From contig JAQGDQ010000075.1 of assembly GCA_030141605.1 (NCBI GenBank), positions 124,001-188,000 of the forward strand: 64,000 nt of DNA, read 5' to 3'. The translations under genes were made by a program, and so were the position numbers. The notes under the pieces were generated by a model. The model saw only the letters and a list, made by a program, of their open reading frames with translations, was not told the origin of the DNA and searched no databases. Below are positions 51,201 to 64,000 of the stretch, piece after piece. The stretch's first letter is position 1. Every line of letters begins with the position of its first letter. This DNA is from Tubiluchus corallicola. Taxonomy: Eukaryota > Animalia > Priapulida.

Positions 51201-54200
51201 CTTTTCATGATATGATCACTATTTTCTGCAAGTTTATCAGTCATGCTGGACCTTGCACCGAACAAGGTAAACGTGAAGATGAAAATAATGTTTACCTTTT
51301 TAGAGTTATCAATATAGTTAAATTAATTGTAGCGAAATTCTGAATTAAGGGTTTGATTGTTGTTGGCTTAGGTGAATTTTTGGATAAATTGCACAAGTTT
51401 GGGCTTGATACACGATTTTAGGTTGTAATGTTATTGACACTGCAGGTGTAACATTTTGAGTATGATTCAGTACTTTCACTCTGTATTTTGCATGCAGATA
51501 ATGTGATACCTAGTCTCAAATTTTGCTTCACTTGCAGTCGTAAAGTTTTTTGTAAGTTTGTAAGCTAATTTTAAGGAAAAATATTAATTTTCTAAAATTA
51601 ACAATATTTATTATATTTTAAGTACCCTTTGTGTGTTGTGATTGAACTTTTACGTGCATATTTCTCTATTAGGAAATGAAGAGTTGCATTTAAAGTTATC
51701 AGTTGTTACGCTACTTAGCCAACATGCTGATGTTGTTTTGTGGTTTTTAAATAGAAATTTGCTTCCCGAAAATGACGGTGAGTAAACTTGGAAATGCAGA
51801 TAATTTTGTTGTTATAGATTATTGTTCGTATGTCAAGTTGTATCACAGTTGTGTTGATTTATCTAGTGTTGCAAGCTAGAACAAATGCACATGTATGCAC
51901 CCACATACACATGTGTGCACCTATCCACACACACTCACATCATAGATAAAATATTCTGAGACAGTAAACACATATTAGGTTCAGCATGAAAAACTGACAA
52001 GACCCTGCTGTCATTTCAATTTTTTATGAAATCTTTTTTTTTCCAAGCTTTGCAGCTCTTGTGAGTGCCTTGTGTTTATCTTAAATCCAAAAGCAATTTA
52101 GTTTAAAGAATTTTGTCATACGTAAGTTTTTGGGCGTAACACGATTTAAAAAAAAACATTGCATTTGTGTTTTATTTATTACTGTCTCAAATTATCCGAT
52201 TGCAGAAGGTGAAGATTCACGTGGATTATGCTTTTCTTATCCTGCAACAGCACTTGCTCAAGTTTTCGCTTCACGGCGTCAGGTATTGCAGAAAATAAAC
52301 AGGTATGGGACTCTGGGTACATAAAATTACATTTTATAAACTCTCATTTTTGAAGGAGAGAATTTTAAGTAATGCGTTTTTAATTTGTACATTATGCCTA
52401 AGTGAATGTTACGAATGTTGATATCTTCCTAATTGTGTCATTTTCTGAATTGATTTATGCTGCTTCACAATTGCTATCTCTGTCTTTTGTAACAATTATC
52501 ATTATCATATCTCATTTTTAACAGTTATCATTATCATATTAATACTATTATTATTTTTCCGTGCTTTTACATAGCTGCATAGGAGAGACAGATTTGTTGT
52601 TAATAGACGGATTTATTGAAGATATTGGTATTCCAATTAAGAACTTATGGTCAAAAACCAAAGGATCTGGATTATACCCTCCCGTTTCGATAAATGTCAG
52701 TACCTATATTATTATTTTTTTACTTTTGTCAATGTCCAATTTCTTTTTTCTTTGTTGTGTTTTACCTTAGAAGAGGTAGCAGTTTAGTCATATTTTCCTA
52801 ACTTTTTCATATGTTGATACGTTTTTCAACAGGCTGAGACTTGAGTTTTTGTTAGATGCCTGCTTTGCACTTCACATTTGCTGTTTAGTGAAGCTTTCCT
52901 CCACTTGCTTTTTGTCAAGGTGTGAATGTATGTCTGGTTTTTTGATCAGTTTTTTTTTCATAGTTGTCATACATTGATGCCACCAAGTTTATTGAACATG
53001 TTCTTATGTTTCACTAATATATGAAGTGTTTTATGCTAATTATTTAAATTTATTTTTAGGAGTTGTTAAGTATTTACTTGCTAGAAGATGTATCACTTAT
53101 CACCAAACACAGTATTGTGGCATACTTGCTGCTTGATTTGGCTTTTGCATCGAGCAGATCCAATTCTGACACTGTGAGTATTTTCTATACTAAAGTGTTT
53201 ACTATGTTAATGTGTTTAGTAATTTTATGCATCAAATTGCCTTGTAGTTCATGCCATGCAAACGCATGTAGGATTTGTTAACTGTAAGGATAAAAAATAG
53301 TGGTACTCATGATTTCTTAGCTGCATTCATCCTATCGTATAAAGACTTAATTAACTTAATTTGTTGTTTGAATTAGTATAATGTATGTTTAACAACTTCT
53401 TAATTGTCTTATTACCTGGCTTTTGCAAATAATGTGCTTAATACATTTATACATTAATTGTTGGTTCTGTTAGAGAACTAAGTTGACTGAACGCTTTTCG
53501 TTTAATATGTTTCTCTTATGCTCAACTGATGTACTAAACCTGTCTTCTACTAATCTTTGCTTGGTCACATTAGGCACCATTTATTTTCATTATTCAGAGT
53601 GACTTTGGCTTGAAAAAAGGTGACGCCCAGGTGACAATGTCAAACAAGTATGCGTTTTTGTTTATAGTTGTATAAATATTTGCCCAAACGTTATACGTTT
53701 TTGTATGCTTTTAGATACTTGAAGATTACCTATCATTTGGTAAAATGTTCAACATACCCTGCAGCACAATGAAACATGTGCAAGGTTTTTGGCTTCTAGA
53801 TCACAGGGACTTCCACGTAAGTCATTTCAATGCTAATTTTTTATTACTCGTTGTTGTATTTATAGTTACTATTTAGTTTCATAGTAAATGTTTTGTTGTT
53901 TATTGTATTTTTCTATACGAGCAGCACTTTTATGGTAACTTGTTTATCTAACTGTTAGGAATTATTTTCATTTAGTCTTTAATGTGGTATATTTATTGAA
54001 TTTATTCTATTGTGTATTATTTAAAGTTTTTGTGAAGGTATGCTTAAAATATAAGACTGTTTGAACTTTTTGGTATTTCTTATTAAAATGGTCAGACTCA
54101 AGCCACACTTATCTTTTTTTGCAAAAATTTCTTTTTTTAGAAAGCAATTGCTCTCCTCCTTCATCCATATGCTGGCCTGGGCTCTTTGTTGCCATGGCAA

Positions 54201-57200
54201 CATACACGCATTGTCAAGTCACTGCTGTATCAAGGACATTCTCAACTTGCACTTCGGTATCTGCGTGTTGCTCAACCTGTCTTCCCAAAGCAGGAGGATA
54301 TCAAGCTTATGTTGAATGTATTTTTGGCTAATGGGTATATACACACTTAATTATATTAGCGTTTGTCTTTCTTCATTGTTGTTGGTGCGTGTCACTTCTA
54401 AATAGTGCCACTTATGGCTGGGATTGTAGTTTTTCGGTTCAGTTTTGGCTGTTTTCAAACATTGGAAAACCAGATTTTTGTACAGGATGTTTAAGCCAAG
54501 AATTGGCCAAAACAAATTGGCTAAGAATATTTCCTTATGCTTTCGATCCGAAAACAGAAGTTGGCTTTGGGTACGTCCGTAAACTAAACTAGATGATTAA
54601 TGAGTTCATATTGTGACCTATTGTCAGGCATTCTTTGAAGTATATTTTGAGGACTCTTTAAAATTAATTGCTGTGGCATTTTTCCTTGTACAAGGAACAT
54701 GTAACAAATAGGCAGGAGAAATTTTTTTGTTTCTTGCATAAATGCCCTATATAGTTTGTTGCATTCTTTTCATATCATATTTGTTATGCATGCATTTTTT
54801 TAGCTGCAATTGCAAAAATTTTACATTTTTATGGAAATTATATTTCAGGTTAATCTCAGAAGCATTCACATATTCAAGAGGAATTTCTAATGAGGATAAT
54901 TGTGAAGAACTTCTAAATCACTTCTTCATGGCTTGCATAGAAAGTAAGCATTTACTTTACATATAATGAAAAAGTATCAGACTTTTTTGCCTGTTTGCTC
55001 TTAAGCCCCACTGAATTTGATTGATTGACCTAGCAGTTGCAAATATACGTGTATGAATCCGAGTTTCTAATTGTAAGCAAGCCAGGCCCATTTGATTACA
55101 AATGCATTTTGGACATTAGTAATTAACAAGTTAAAAACAAAATTTAAAATATAATTATGTGCAAATTAAAATTTTAAGAAATGTAGTATTTGAGGCATTT
55201 AGCGCTTTTATTGATTATTGATTATCGATAATGGGTTGATAAAATTTTTCGTTTGTGGCCACTTCAACTATAGAAAAATACATGATAACTGATTGTGGAT
55301 TGGATGATCGTTTCTTGCATGATGTCAACTTGGCTTTTTGCTCTTTATCCATTCGTTCTTCCTTGGGAAAAGTACAATAAGTGGTTGCAAAGTTATTTGC
55401 AGTTAAGGGGGAAAAGTTTGAAAAATATTCTCCTAACAATGGTAGGATGCTGTACTCTGGATCCCTGATGCTAGGAGCTATTACTAGTGACATTCTAGAG
55501 ATAAATGCTCTAAATATCTTATCATTTGGACATTTATTGTTAACACTATAACGGTCTCAGTTCATAGGAGCTATAGCTTTTGTGATGTCATTTGACAAAA
55601 TTTGATATCATTTATTTTCAATCACAAGTCCTTTATGCATAGCTTTATTTGCTTAAAACAGTTTCTGTCTTCTACTAAATATGGTGGTTTCGTTTAAAAT
55701 CCTACTCTTGTTTGTATGATATACCTGTTGCTTTTTGATTTATGATCAATTTGCAACTAGAAGTTGATTGTGTGATGGTGTCACCTGTGGAAAAATCAAA
55801 GGGTATCATACCATTGATGTCATGCTTGCAAATTTTTATTTTACGGCAAATTAGCTTGACACAAATGTTACATTGTTTCTGAGTAGCATCATTTTTAATT
55901 TAAAAAGCACAAAATTTATAGCTTGAAGAGCATTAATAACAGAAAGTTGGAGAATAGCCTTAGGGAAAAGGAATCTTATGCCGAACCCTGTATGATGTGG
56001 AAACAGAGATATGATATGAGCAATTTTGTAGGCAAAAGGTTCCGACTTAGAATTTAAGACAACATTTATAATAATTTGTTTACAGCGAGTGAAGCAAACT
56101 AATTGCAAAAAGTGTTCACATTGTGTGTCAGCTTAGTGTGTTTAAGTTGTAATTTGGTTATTTCTACACTTTGCTAGTTTATGTTCCCCTAAATAACAAA
56201 ATGACACACTATTAAAATGCCTTTTACTCTGTTCTAAATATAAATCATTATTTCATTTCCAAAACTATTATTTGGAATACTCTTCATGTAAAACTGTTCC
56301 TGCATGGATAGCTTGCTCATTTGTTCACTTTGTAATTAAATGTCGTACCTTAAGATTATTAACGTTTTGCAATTGTTTCATGTTGAACTGCTTTGACGTT
56401 ACTGCACTCTGTTCCACTATTGGGGGCATTTTTTTGGTTAATCACTGATATTGCAGTACCAACTCGTGGTTGACTTTTTTTGCAAAAGAATATGTCTTTT
56501 ATCATGCTTCTAACGATTGGTATTCTGATCATGTAAATTAACGGATTGATTAACGAATTGCTACTAGTGATCATTGAGAATATGGGTAAACTGTAAAAGT
56601 GCATCAAGGTGTTACACGGACTATCTGGAATGCTTACCATTACAATATATACTACTTGTGGTAACCAGAGCAGCACAAATGTTCCTGCTACAAACGCTAT
56701 TGTCTGTAATGCCCTTCCATTTGAACCCATGGAACTATTTACCTTTAATTTAGCTTTAATTCTTTGGCTTTTTTGCACTGCTAGGTATATTTTGATGTAG
56801 AGTCCTGTTGATGTAAAAATCGTAAAGAAACACAGTACCGCTATTATGATTCCATAGCTGTCAGTGAAGGGTCCTAAAAGGCACAAATATTCATCAGTAG
56901 TTCCTATCTTGTAATTCATGTTCCATGAAGTGATGGCTGGTACGATTGAGAAGATGAGTATAAGGGCAACAATTGCAGCTCCAGAGACTAAAACGTGCTT
57001 CATTTTAAGTCCCGTTGAGTGAGGATGCATAATTTTGATGTACCGATCTATAGATAGAAGTGTCATTGAAAAGGCTGATCCAAGAAAACCAAACGACATG
57101 AACACTGCACTGCTCCAACACCAAGCTCCAGTTGGTGCAAAAATGTCATATGTTGGGTCAATACCACTGACCAAAAACTTGAGTATGCAATGTATGCCTA

Positions 57201-60200
57201 TGCATGAATCAAAAAATGAACTGAGCATCACAATTGACAAAGAAGGTCCCACTTTCTTCACCTTGGTTATGGTAACGATGATGATTGTATTGCTGAGCAA
57301 AATTAGACATCCGATGAACGAGTAAATTGAATACACTATAGTCAAATAATACCTCACATGTGGATCATAATAAGCTAGTATGTCGATAGGAATTTTACTT
57401 GTTGTGGAGTTTTCGTCTTTGGCAGCTTCTAAGATTAGCAGTAAATTACCACTCTTGTTAGCACTTTGTATATGCATCGTCCTTTCGGAATTTTTTTATT
57501 TCATAAATGCAGTCAAAATTTGTGCAAGATTAGTATGCTGTCTTAGCATTTACCTTGAACGAGTGATTGTTGTCTGTCTCTGTGGTAGTTGGCCAAACGA
57601 ACGTAATTATACTGTCTCTGAGTGGCAAATATAAAATGTAGCTTCTCTTTCATTGCCTGCTCTTTTATGTATGTTTTGTTTGTCCTGTTTGATCTTGATG
57701 AAAATCATAAGACTTCTAAATGATGTCACTTGCAAGGCTTTTAGTTGAAGTTTAAATATTTTGAAATAACTTAATGAAACACAATTCGTCAGACCTTCAA
57801 ATTTGTTAGTGCTGTGCTACTATCTATAGCTGCTCATTATGAAATATGTTTTGCAGTCTTTCTAGTTTGTGCAATGCATTTGCGCAAGTACTTATATCAA
57901 ACACAGTTCCAACCAGTTTCTATGGATTATTATCTCCTGGGTGCTTGTTTCAATTGATGCCTAGCAATTTTCCTTTTTGTTTAATGTTGTAATCATTATT
58001 TGAAATACAACTAATTCCTTTAAAAAAACACTTTACTAATTTTCGATGGCAAAATTTATTTATTAGATTTGCTGGTTTTTTACCAGGCATTAGGACCTGG
58101 TATTTTATTTTGTATCCTGTGAATGTAAGCTACACTTTTCACCGATGTAATCAATTTCTTATCGGTCAAATCTGAGTTCCGTCTTTATTTCTAAAGCTGG
58201 ATTTTGAGTCCGAATCTTCACTACTTCACTCCAGAGCCTTTATTTTTTAATTTAAAGGCTATAGGCAACTCTTTTGAGAGGACCACTGGGGCAGTATTAG
58301 ATCTTAAGTCAGCAAGATGTTTGCTATATTTTAGAATTTGGATAATTCTTTACTGGTAGAAGCTTGCTTTAAAGCAATTTATTATATGTTTATTATTAAA
58401 AGGACTTGGTCACTTAACTCTCATTTTGGGCTTTGCATTTGTTTAAAGATATTTTTTGCAAGTTTTTATTATTATAAGTAAATTATCGCTTAATCTCCAT
58501 TTTAGAGTCAGCCTCTGTACGAAGAGATATTAATTTTTTATGGTCATTCTATTAAGTTTAAAGCAGTTTGTTTCAAAACTATTTTGAAAGAGCGATGTAA
58601 GAGGGTATTTGTAGTCTTTTTATGAATTGTACTGAGCACTATATTACAAACTTTGAACACGACAAGTTGTTTCTTCATTTAAATATATTAAGCAGTTAAG
58701 ATTATTGCCATTACAAATGATTTAGGGTGCATTTTTACTTAATTTCACATACAAACACTATGAATTACAAACAAAATGTACTTTGAAAGTAAATAAATAT
58801 TCATAAATATTTATAAATAAATAAATTATCATTTTTTATATTTGGGAATTCAAACAGAATTTTTGCTTGGCTTAGAGTCTATTTGTAAATTTTCACTTAA
58901 ATTATTAACTTTTCTTAACTCTTTCGGCTGTCAGGGAGATACTCACTCCACCTAGCTGAGTTGCTCAGTCAGCATTCGAATCAAAGTCATCAAAAACTAG
59001 AATGCGTCACTGACATTTTCTTCTCTTACATCCATTTTTTATTATGGATATATTTATATAGGAACATATGCAATACATGCTTGTTTTGATTGGTACTTCT
59101 ATATGGTGTATGCCAATAACAAAAAAAAATTATATGAAAATAATGCCCATAATTTCAACAATGCAAAATAGACAGTATTTTCAATACTTCTGGTTAAAGT
59201 TTCATGCCCACTTGCCATTCATGGCAAGTTTGTGCAAATAGATCTTTTTAGCCATTTCATGCTGTTCTGCAGTAAAAGATCTTCACTTTTGTACATGTTT
59301 AAATTGTTTTTCTTAGCTGGCTTTTCTGTTAGGCTTAAATGTCAAATGTCTTTAATTTGGTCTTTGATGCTGTTTTTCAAATTTCATGAAATTTGTCATT
59401 TTGTCCTTCGTTTTCTGCAAGCGGCTTCTAATTATCAGTTTTCTGGAGGGCTATATTTCATATCAACTCAATATTTATCTCAAAAAGTGCTTTGAAGTTT
59501 GAAATGTCCTTGGGCATCTTGAACTCTTTTTTTATTAAGTTTAAACAGTAACCTTTATGTATTAAAACAGTAAATTCTATTAACATTTTCAAATAAAGTA
59601 TTGGACTGCTGCCTGGAGATATAAAGGAAAAGTGCCTGACATTCAGTTATGAAACAATGCGGTTTCATGAAAGTGTCTTCATATGAGAATATGAACTCTG
59701 TTCATTGGATTATGTAGCAACAGTGTTATTTCTGTTACAATGACAACAATGCTGATTGGATTTAGCTAAAAATACTAATTTTGCTGATGCTCATATGAAT
59801 TTGCAATAACGATAGTCATGTTGTTGTACAGTGTCAGCTTCCAAAAACCTAAATGTTCCATTAATTACACCAACATTGGAGTGCCAAGTTGTCACTCTAT
59901 TCTTTAATGACAGATATGAGCTGTGTTTACATACAGATGCTTAAAGTGGAAGAAAAGGCAATTTTAAAGTATACCCCAAAAAACTTTCCATACAAAGTTA
60001 TATCATTTATATAATTTGTAATTTGAAAAGAAAATTCTTACTGTCTTAAAATGTTCGGGCCAACTGGTAAAATGTCACTGACTCGCCTTCCCAGTGTGCA
60101 CCACTGACTCATTAAAAACATATTTCTAATTTCATTGAAGAGATACTGTAATTTATGCTTTTACTTGCTTAGTTAGTGAAATGTGAGCTACAAGTGTTCT

Positions 60201-63200
60201 GATTATTTTTCAAACTGTACTCAAATTTATGTAAACTTGTTTCAAATGACCTAGCATCAACATAGCTGCACCTAATGGTCATTGCTGGATTTTAAATTTT
60301 GAAGTTTTCTACAGCATTGCCTCAATTACAAGTTCTGTGTGCAATAAGGCAGTATGTAGTTGATTTGAATAGCATTTTTTTTACTTTATGTATGTAAAGG
60401 GTTTTTGTGCTTTAACATTCAAAGGAAGAAATCCACCCGATGCTTAACATTCAAAAGAAAATTATTGTAATTTGTTGCACCCCCATTCATCTGGCATTTA
60501 ACAATCAACATAAGCAGAGCAGGCACACCATCTCCTCTCTGTTTTTTAGAAAACCTACTTACTTGTTGGACAAATTAGCTTAATGACTGAAGCAGTAAAA
60601 ACACTACATAAAACATGTTTTACAGGTGCTGACTTAGTTTTAGCATTTAAGTGATTCTGACATGCAGTTGCAATGTTGTTATGGCATGAAGTACAATTAT
60701 TGATCTTTTTTGCTGTTGGATATCTGGCATTTGTTATTATAACTTGGCTTACAGTTGCTGAGGTCGGTATCTCTGTTCACTCTCTTTACTTGCCTGACAT
60801 TCTTTCAATGGTAGTTTGTCCAAATTAATTATTGATCCAGTCTATATATCTTATGATGAGCACTTGAGAATATAGTGCACATTCTTTGCTTGGCTTATCT
60901 TATTTTTTAATGTTAAACAATGTATTGGAGTAGAAAATGTGTGTTTATATGAGTAAGTACAATAACAATAATGTTTGCTGTTTTGTCTAGAGTCAATGTG
61001 AATTAGGTTAAGTTTTGAAAATAGACACTCTCATTGCCAATGTCTGAATAAAATTCTTTCCAGCAAAGTCTCTGTACAAATTGTTGGAGCTGCCATTTAC
61101 CGAAAGTGAGGAAAAACGATTTCTGGAATTTCTGCAGAGCAACGTGGACTTGGTGTCAGGTGATGTTTTGGTAATGCATTACTTGCAACGAGGACGTTAC
61201 ATCGAAGCTCTGAAGCTAAATGATAAACTTCGACATAATGTGATGGTAATTACTTTTCACGGTTCATTAAGCAAATTAACAAGATATAGTAAAATTGGAA
61301 TATTACTAACATTGATCAGTTTAGCTGGTCAATTTACTGGTCACTGGTAATCTAGATCAGCATGTATTTAGATGGTTAGTGTAGCATGTATTTTGCAGCA
61401 TGGTTTGCATGTTGTGTGATCTCTACTTGTGGCTTCCAAAGTTTCATTTCAGTGATATTTTTTTGGAAAATTATTGGACACCTAGTTTCTCTCATGTCAC
61501 TAATAACTGTTTTTTTCAGCACAGCTGCTTATGAACTGACTTTTGTTAGTATTATATTTATATCTGTTGGCTTGTTTTTACTATGTTTTTACTATTGTTA
61601 AATGGACAGTGCATAATAAATACAATACTCTGTTTGATGTTATTCATTGTAAAAATATTTTCAGTTCGAACTCAACTATGTGCAAAATGTATTTCTGATG
61701 CATGTACTAATCTTATAATTAATCTGTTTCGTAATTATGGTTGTTTACTATGTTAAATTGTAATGTTAAATGTTCCAGGCTGAGACTGACCCAGCAGTGA
61801 GAGAAAAAGCAGCAATGAGAAATCTTATTGTTGATTACTATGCTAACATTCTACCGGATGTGCAATTAAAGCTAGCCCTGCATCCTCATCTGTTAAAGGC
61901 CACTCCAACAGAACGGCAGAAAGCAGGTAATGCAAGAGGAGGAGTGTACTGTGAGCAGAATATGAACCAAACAGCATTTTTTAACAAAAAATAGTTTCAT
62001 AAGTGAGCTGTTTTCTCATGTTATTTTAAAATTATTTATCACAGGGTTAAGTTTCTTGTTAAAGGTAAAATTTCTTCTTGGGTGAAATATGAGTGCTTGT
62101 TATCCATGTAAATGTTACTTAGCAGTGTTTTAAGCCAATGTTCTGTTGCTTTAAATCAGCTGTTTTTAGCATTCTGTACATTTGAACTAAATTTGTGTTC
62201 TTATTATCTTCACATATATTATTTTCAATGATTAATTTTGTGTTCTTGTAATTTTTTTGTGTACGTGTCTGTAGTTTCGCGACCTACCCCATTATCAACT
62301 GCTGTCAATCATTCACACTTGAAGTTTGTGTCACATGCAAAACTCATAAGCTCCATGCTGGAGAAAGTGTCGGAAGTCAGACACAGCCCACATATGGATT
62401 TTACACCTTTTCGAAATGTGTAAGCGAATATTATATGTTTGCTAAGTTTGCTAATGTTTTTGATGTGTTATTTAAGGTAATAAAATGAGATAGTAAAACA
62501 ATGAATTATACACACCAACAATATATCTTGCATCAGCATGTAACCGTTTTTAGCTTTTACTCTATAGCATTAATGTTTACCTCTTATTATGTGACTTACT
62601 GTATGTAGTATGTGGCTGCTTTAAATTTTGATTTCATGTTTCTTGTGCCACGAGCAGAAAGAAGAAAAAGAAAATTACATCTCCAGACATGTCAGAGCAT
62701 GCACCACCTTCACTGCCACGGAAAGATGATTCTTTTATAGGGTAAGTTAGAATCTTGCTTTGCCGCAAGCCGATTGTTAGCAGAGTGGGTATTTTACACG
62801 AGGATGCAATGATTTGTACTTAGGACAAAGATTTTTCAAAGGGCTTTTATTGGCAATTTTAGCATTGCATATTGTCAATTTTGCATTCGTTTCAGGCTTA
62901 AAGCTTGTAAATCTGATTCATTGGCTGAAAGTCCTTCTGTCACCAGTTTACGATCCAGCCGAAAGACCTCTCGTACAAGACCTAGTTATTCACCATTGAA
63001 GAAAGCAAAGGAGTAAGATTACTTAGTGTCTTAGTAATTTTATTTGTGCAGTATGTATCTTGACTTAACTTTCTACAAGAGATTACAATTAGTGAGCAAA
63101 ACATATTTATGCCAATTTACCCAACAGATTAATAGCTAGCATTCATTTTTTGTAAAGTACTTATTTCTTTTAAACACTGAATAAGCATTAGAAATATGCA

Positions 63201-63826
63201 CGGAATAAGTTTTTGTTCTGAAAAGTTTTTGTAGGAATTCAATGCTTCATTTTGAATGGCTGTATGAATATGGAAAAATTGAACTAATAATTAAACACTT
63301 TTGATTTTTGACTTTGTCTTTTAATAAATGCAACAATAGTTTATGTACGCGTTAGTCTACCATTCTGCATGCTTCGTATCAAATGGTTTTTCATTAGTGA
63401 ATTTTAGTACCAGAAATTAGTCCAAGGGAAGACAGTTTTATGAAATGACATTTTGTACTTTTAATTAATTACTGAAATACTTTGTAATGCTAGCTGACAA
63501 ATTTCGTAATGACTCACATTTACAAAGTGGATAAAGATTGAGCAGTTAACTGATCATTACATCTTTACTGATAATTTCTCTATCTTATTAAGGCCTACCT
63601 TTTGATTTGATTTTGATTTATTCTGTGATTGTGTTTACTAGGTTACTAAACCAGCAGATATTGTCTTTACTGCAAACGCCCCCTGTACGTCGAGTGCCGA
63701 GAAATGCTCGTACACCCATTAATGGTGTTCCAGAAGTTACACCGCAGAGCATCTTAAAAATTCATGATTCATTCACAGGGTATTCAGGTTCAAGCAAAAC
63801 GACAGGAGTGGCACAGCGTCGTCCAT
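39221..63826 (+). CDS. AHCTF1: Nucleoporin ELYS/AHCTF1/MEL-28, at least 28 coding exons (~1258 aa in window), 3' end beyond the window
   Basis: Exons: 39221-39341, 41258-41514, 43994-44258, 44365-44436, 44680-44788, 45018-45143, 45526-45643 (acceptor uncertain), 46179-46516, 46628-46709, 49061-49148, 49278-49339, 49979-50104, 50280-50370, 50849-50938, 51126-51266, 51673-51777, 52206-52302, 52575-52695, 53060-53173, 53715-53816, 54141-54334, 54849-54943, 61064-61245, 61779-61926, 62275-62419, 62658-62741, 62896-63012, 63642-63826. Phases are consistent. ELYS motifs: GHVYLVDLCLD, QEPENDPRNYCYLW, LFDMNRWYHSQMP, LLLIDG, GLYPP, KHSIVAYLLLD, VQGFWLLDH, WQHTRI, ALRY, LPFTESEE, HYLQR, RPTPLS, TPQSILK. 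Confidence 0.93.
41845..43129. mobile_element. Foldback-type element with long inverted arms built from 41-bp tandem units, in an ELYS intron
   Basis: caccattttgcacagt (41854) / actgtgcaaaatggtg (ending 43118). The right arm has 41-bp units gaaatacattgtagaaaaatgaaatccattgacaaagtttt starting at 42919, 42960, 43001 and 43042, mirrored at about 41920-42030. The centre holds (CAT)n tracts. Confidence 0.75.
50198..50287 (+). repeat. 48-bp-period tandem duplication of an ELYS 3' splice site
   Basis: aagtcttactaaacatagcttgttttaacttcaggtatttaa (50198-50239) and aagtcttagtaaacatagcatgttttaacttcaggtatttaa (50246-50287) differ at 2 of 42 positions. Confidence 0.92.
56359..57477 (-). CDS. Intronless class A (rhodopsin-like) orphan GPCR, 372 aa, nested antisense in ELYS intron 54944-61063
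   Basis: The only long clean ORF in the window, with seven hydrophobic segments. It has TM1 Asn (LSN), TM2 Asp (FFD), TM3 Cys and SIDRY, ECL2 Cys, TM5 Tyr, TM6 FVLLWLP, TM7 NSLINPLIY, N-terminal NKS/NST sequons and a helix-8 FFC. Confidence 0.92.
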   Translation of the reverse strand: MHIQSANKSGNLLLILEAAKDENSTTSKIPIDILAYYDPHVRYYLTIVYSIYSFIGCLILLSNTIIIVTITKVKKVGPSLSIVMLSSFFDSCIGIHCILKFLVSGIDPTYDIFAPTGAWCWSSAVFMSFGFLGSAFSMTLLSIDRYIKIMHPHSTGLKMKHVLVSGAAIVALILIFSIVPAITSWNMNYKIGTTDEYLCLLGPFTDSYGIIIAVLCFFTIFTSTGLYIKIYLAVQKSQRIKAKLKVNSSMGSNGRALQTIAFVAGTFVLLWLPQVVYIVMVSIPDSPCNTLMHFYSLPIFSMITSSNSLINPLIYMIRIPIVRSMIKDIFFCKKSQPRVGTAISVINQKNAPNSGTECSNVKAVQHETIAKR

Positions 63827-64000
63827 GTGAGTTATTTATATAGAAATTATTTGTTGCATTTGTATACATGGTGCTGTGCAAAATTAAGAAGAATTTTAAT
63901 TTACATCAAACTTTTGCTTTTCAAATTTGAGTCAAATCGACCCTGCCCATTCGTTGTGCATAAAATTTAATGTTTCTTACAGTCTGTCCCGTACTTTGTT

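Noticed and set aside
56359-57477. GPCR as an opsin forming a visual-cycle cluster with the carotenoid oxygenase
   Set aside because: The position equivalent to rhodopsin K296, six residues before the N of NPxxY, is Ser (ITSSNSLINPLIY). There is no Schiff-base lysine.
56609-57634. Plus-strand ORFs overlapping the GPCR, and other 60-120 aa ORFs in the track
   Set aside because: They are antisense shadows, exon read-throughs into introns, or chance ORFs with no recognisable motifs.
63983-64000. Next ELYS exon after ttcttacag
   Set aside because: The acceptor is plausible, but only 18 nt are visible, too little to support a call.

Overview
AT-rich, intron-dense eukaryotic DNA, most likely an invertebrate animal; the species cannot be determined from sequence alone. 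I reconstructed three spliced genes by reading splice sites and checking phase continuity. (1) SMG8, an NMD factor: + strand, 20 coding exons, 1500-19377, 864 aa, last intron U12-type. (2) A BCO/RPE65/NinaB-family carotenoid cleavage oxygenase: - strand, 11 coding exons, 34121-22537, 528 aa, all four Fe-binding His present. (3) The nucleoporin ELYS/AHCTF1: + strand, at least 28 coding exons from 39221, running off the window end. An intronless 372-aa class A GPCR lies antisense inside the 6.1-kb ELYS intron; it lacks the retinal-binding Lys, so it is not an opsin. Introns and intergenic DNA hold decayed transposons: an IS3EU-like transposase remnant with a related MITE, a hAT deletion derivative nested in a long inverted-repeat element, a MULE-like element splitting a LINE remnant, a foldback element and SINE fragments. 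Most short ORFs in the supplied track are exon read-throughs, antisense shadows or noise. I cannot demonstrate a new biological system. The best leads are the nested GPCR, a duplicated ELYS splice acceptor that would create a stop-containing isoform, the U12 intron in SMG8 and a possible bidirectional BCO/ELYS promoter.
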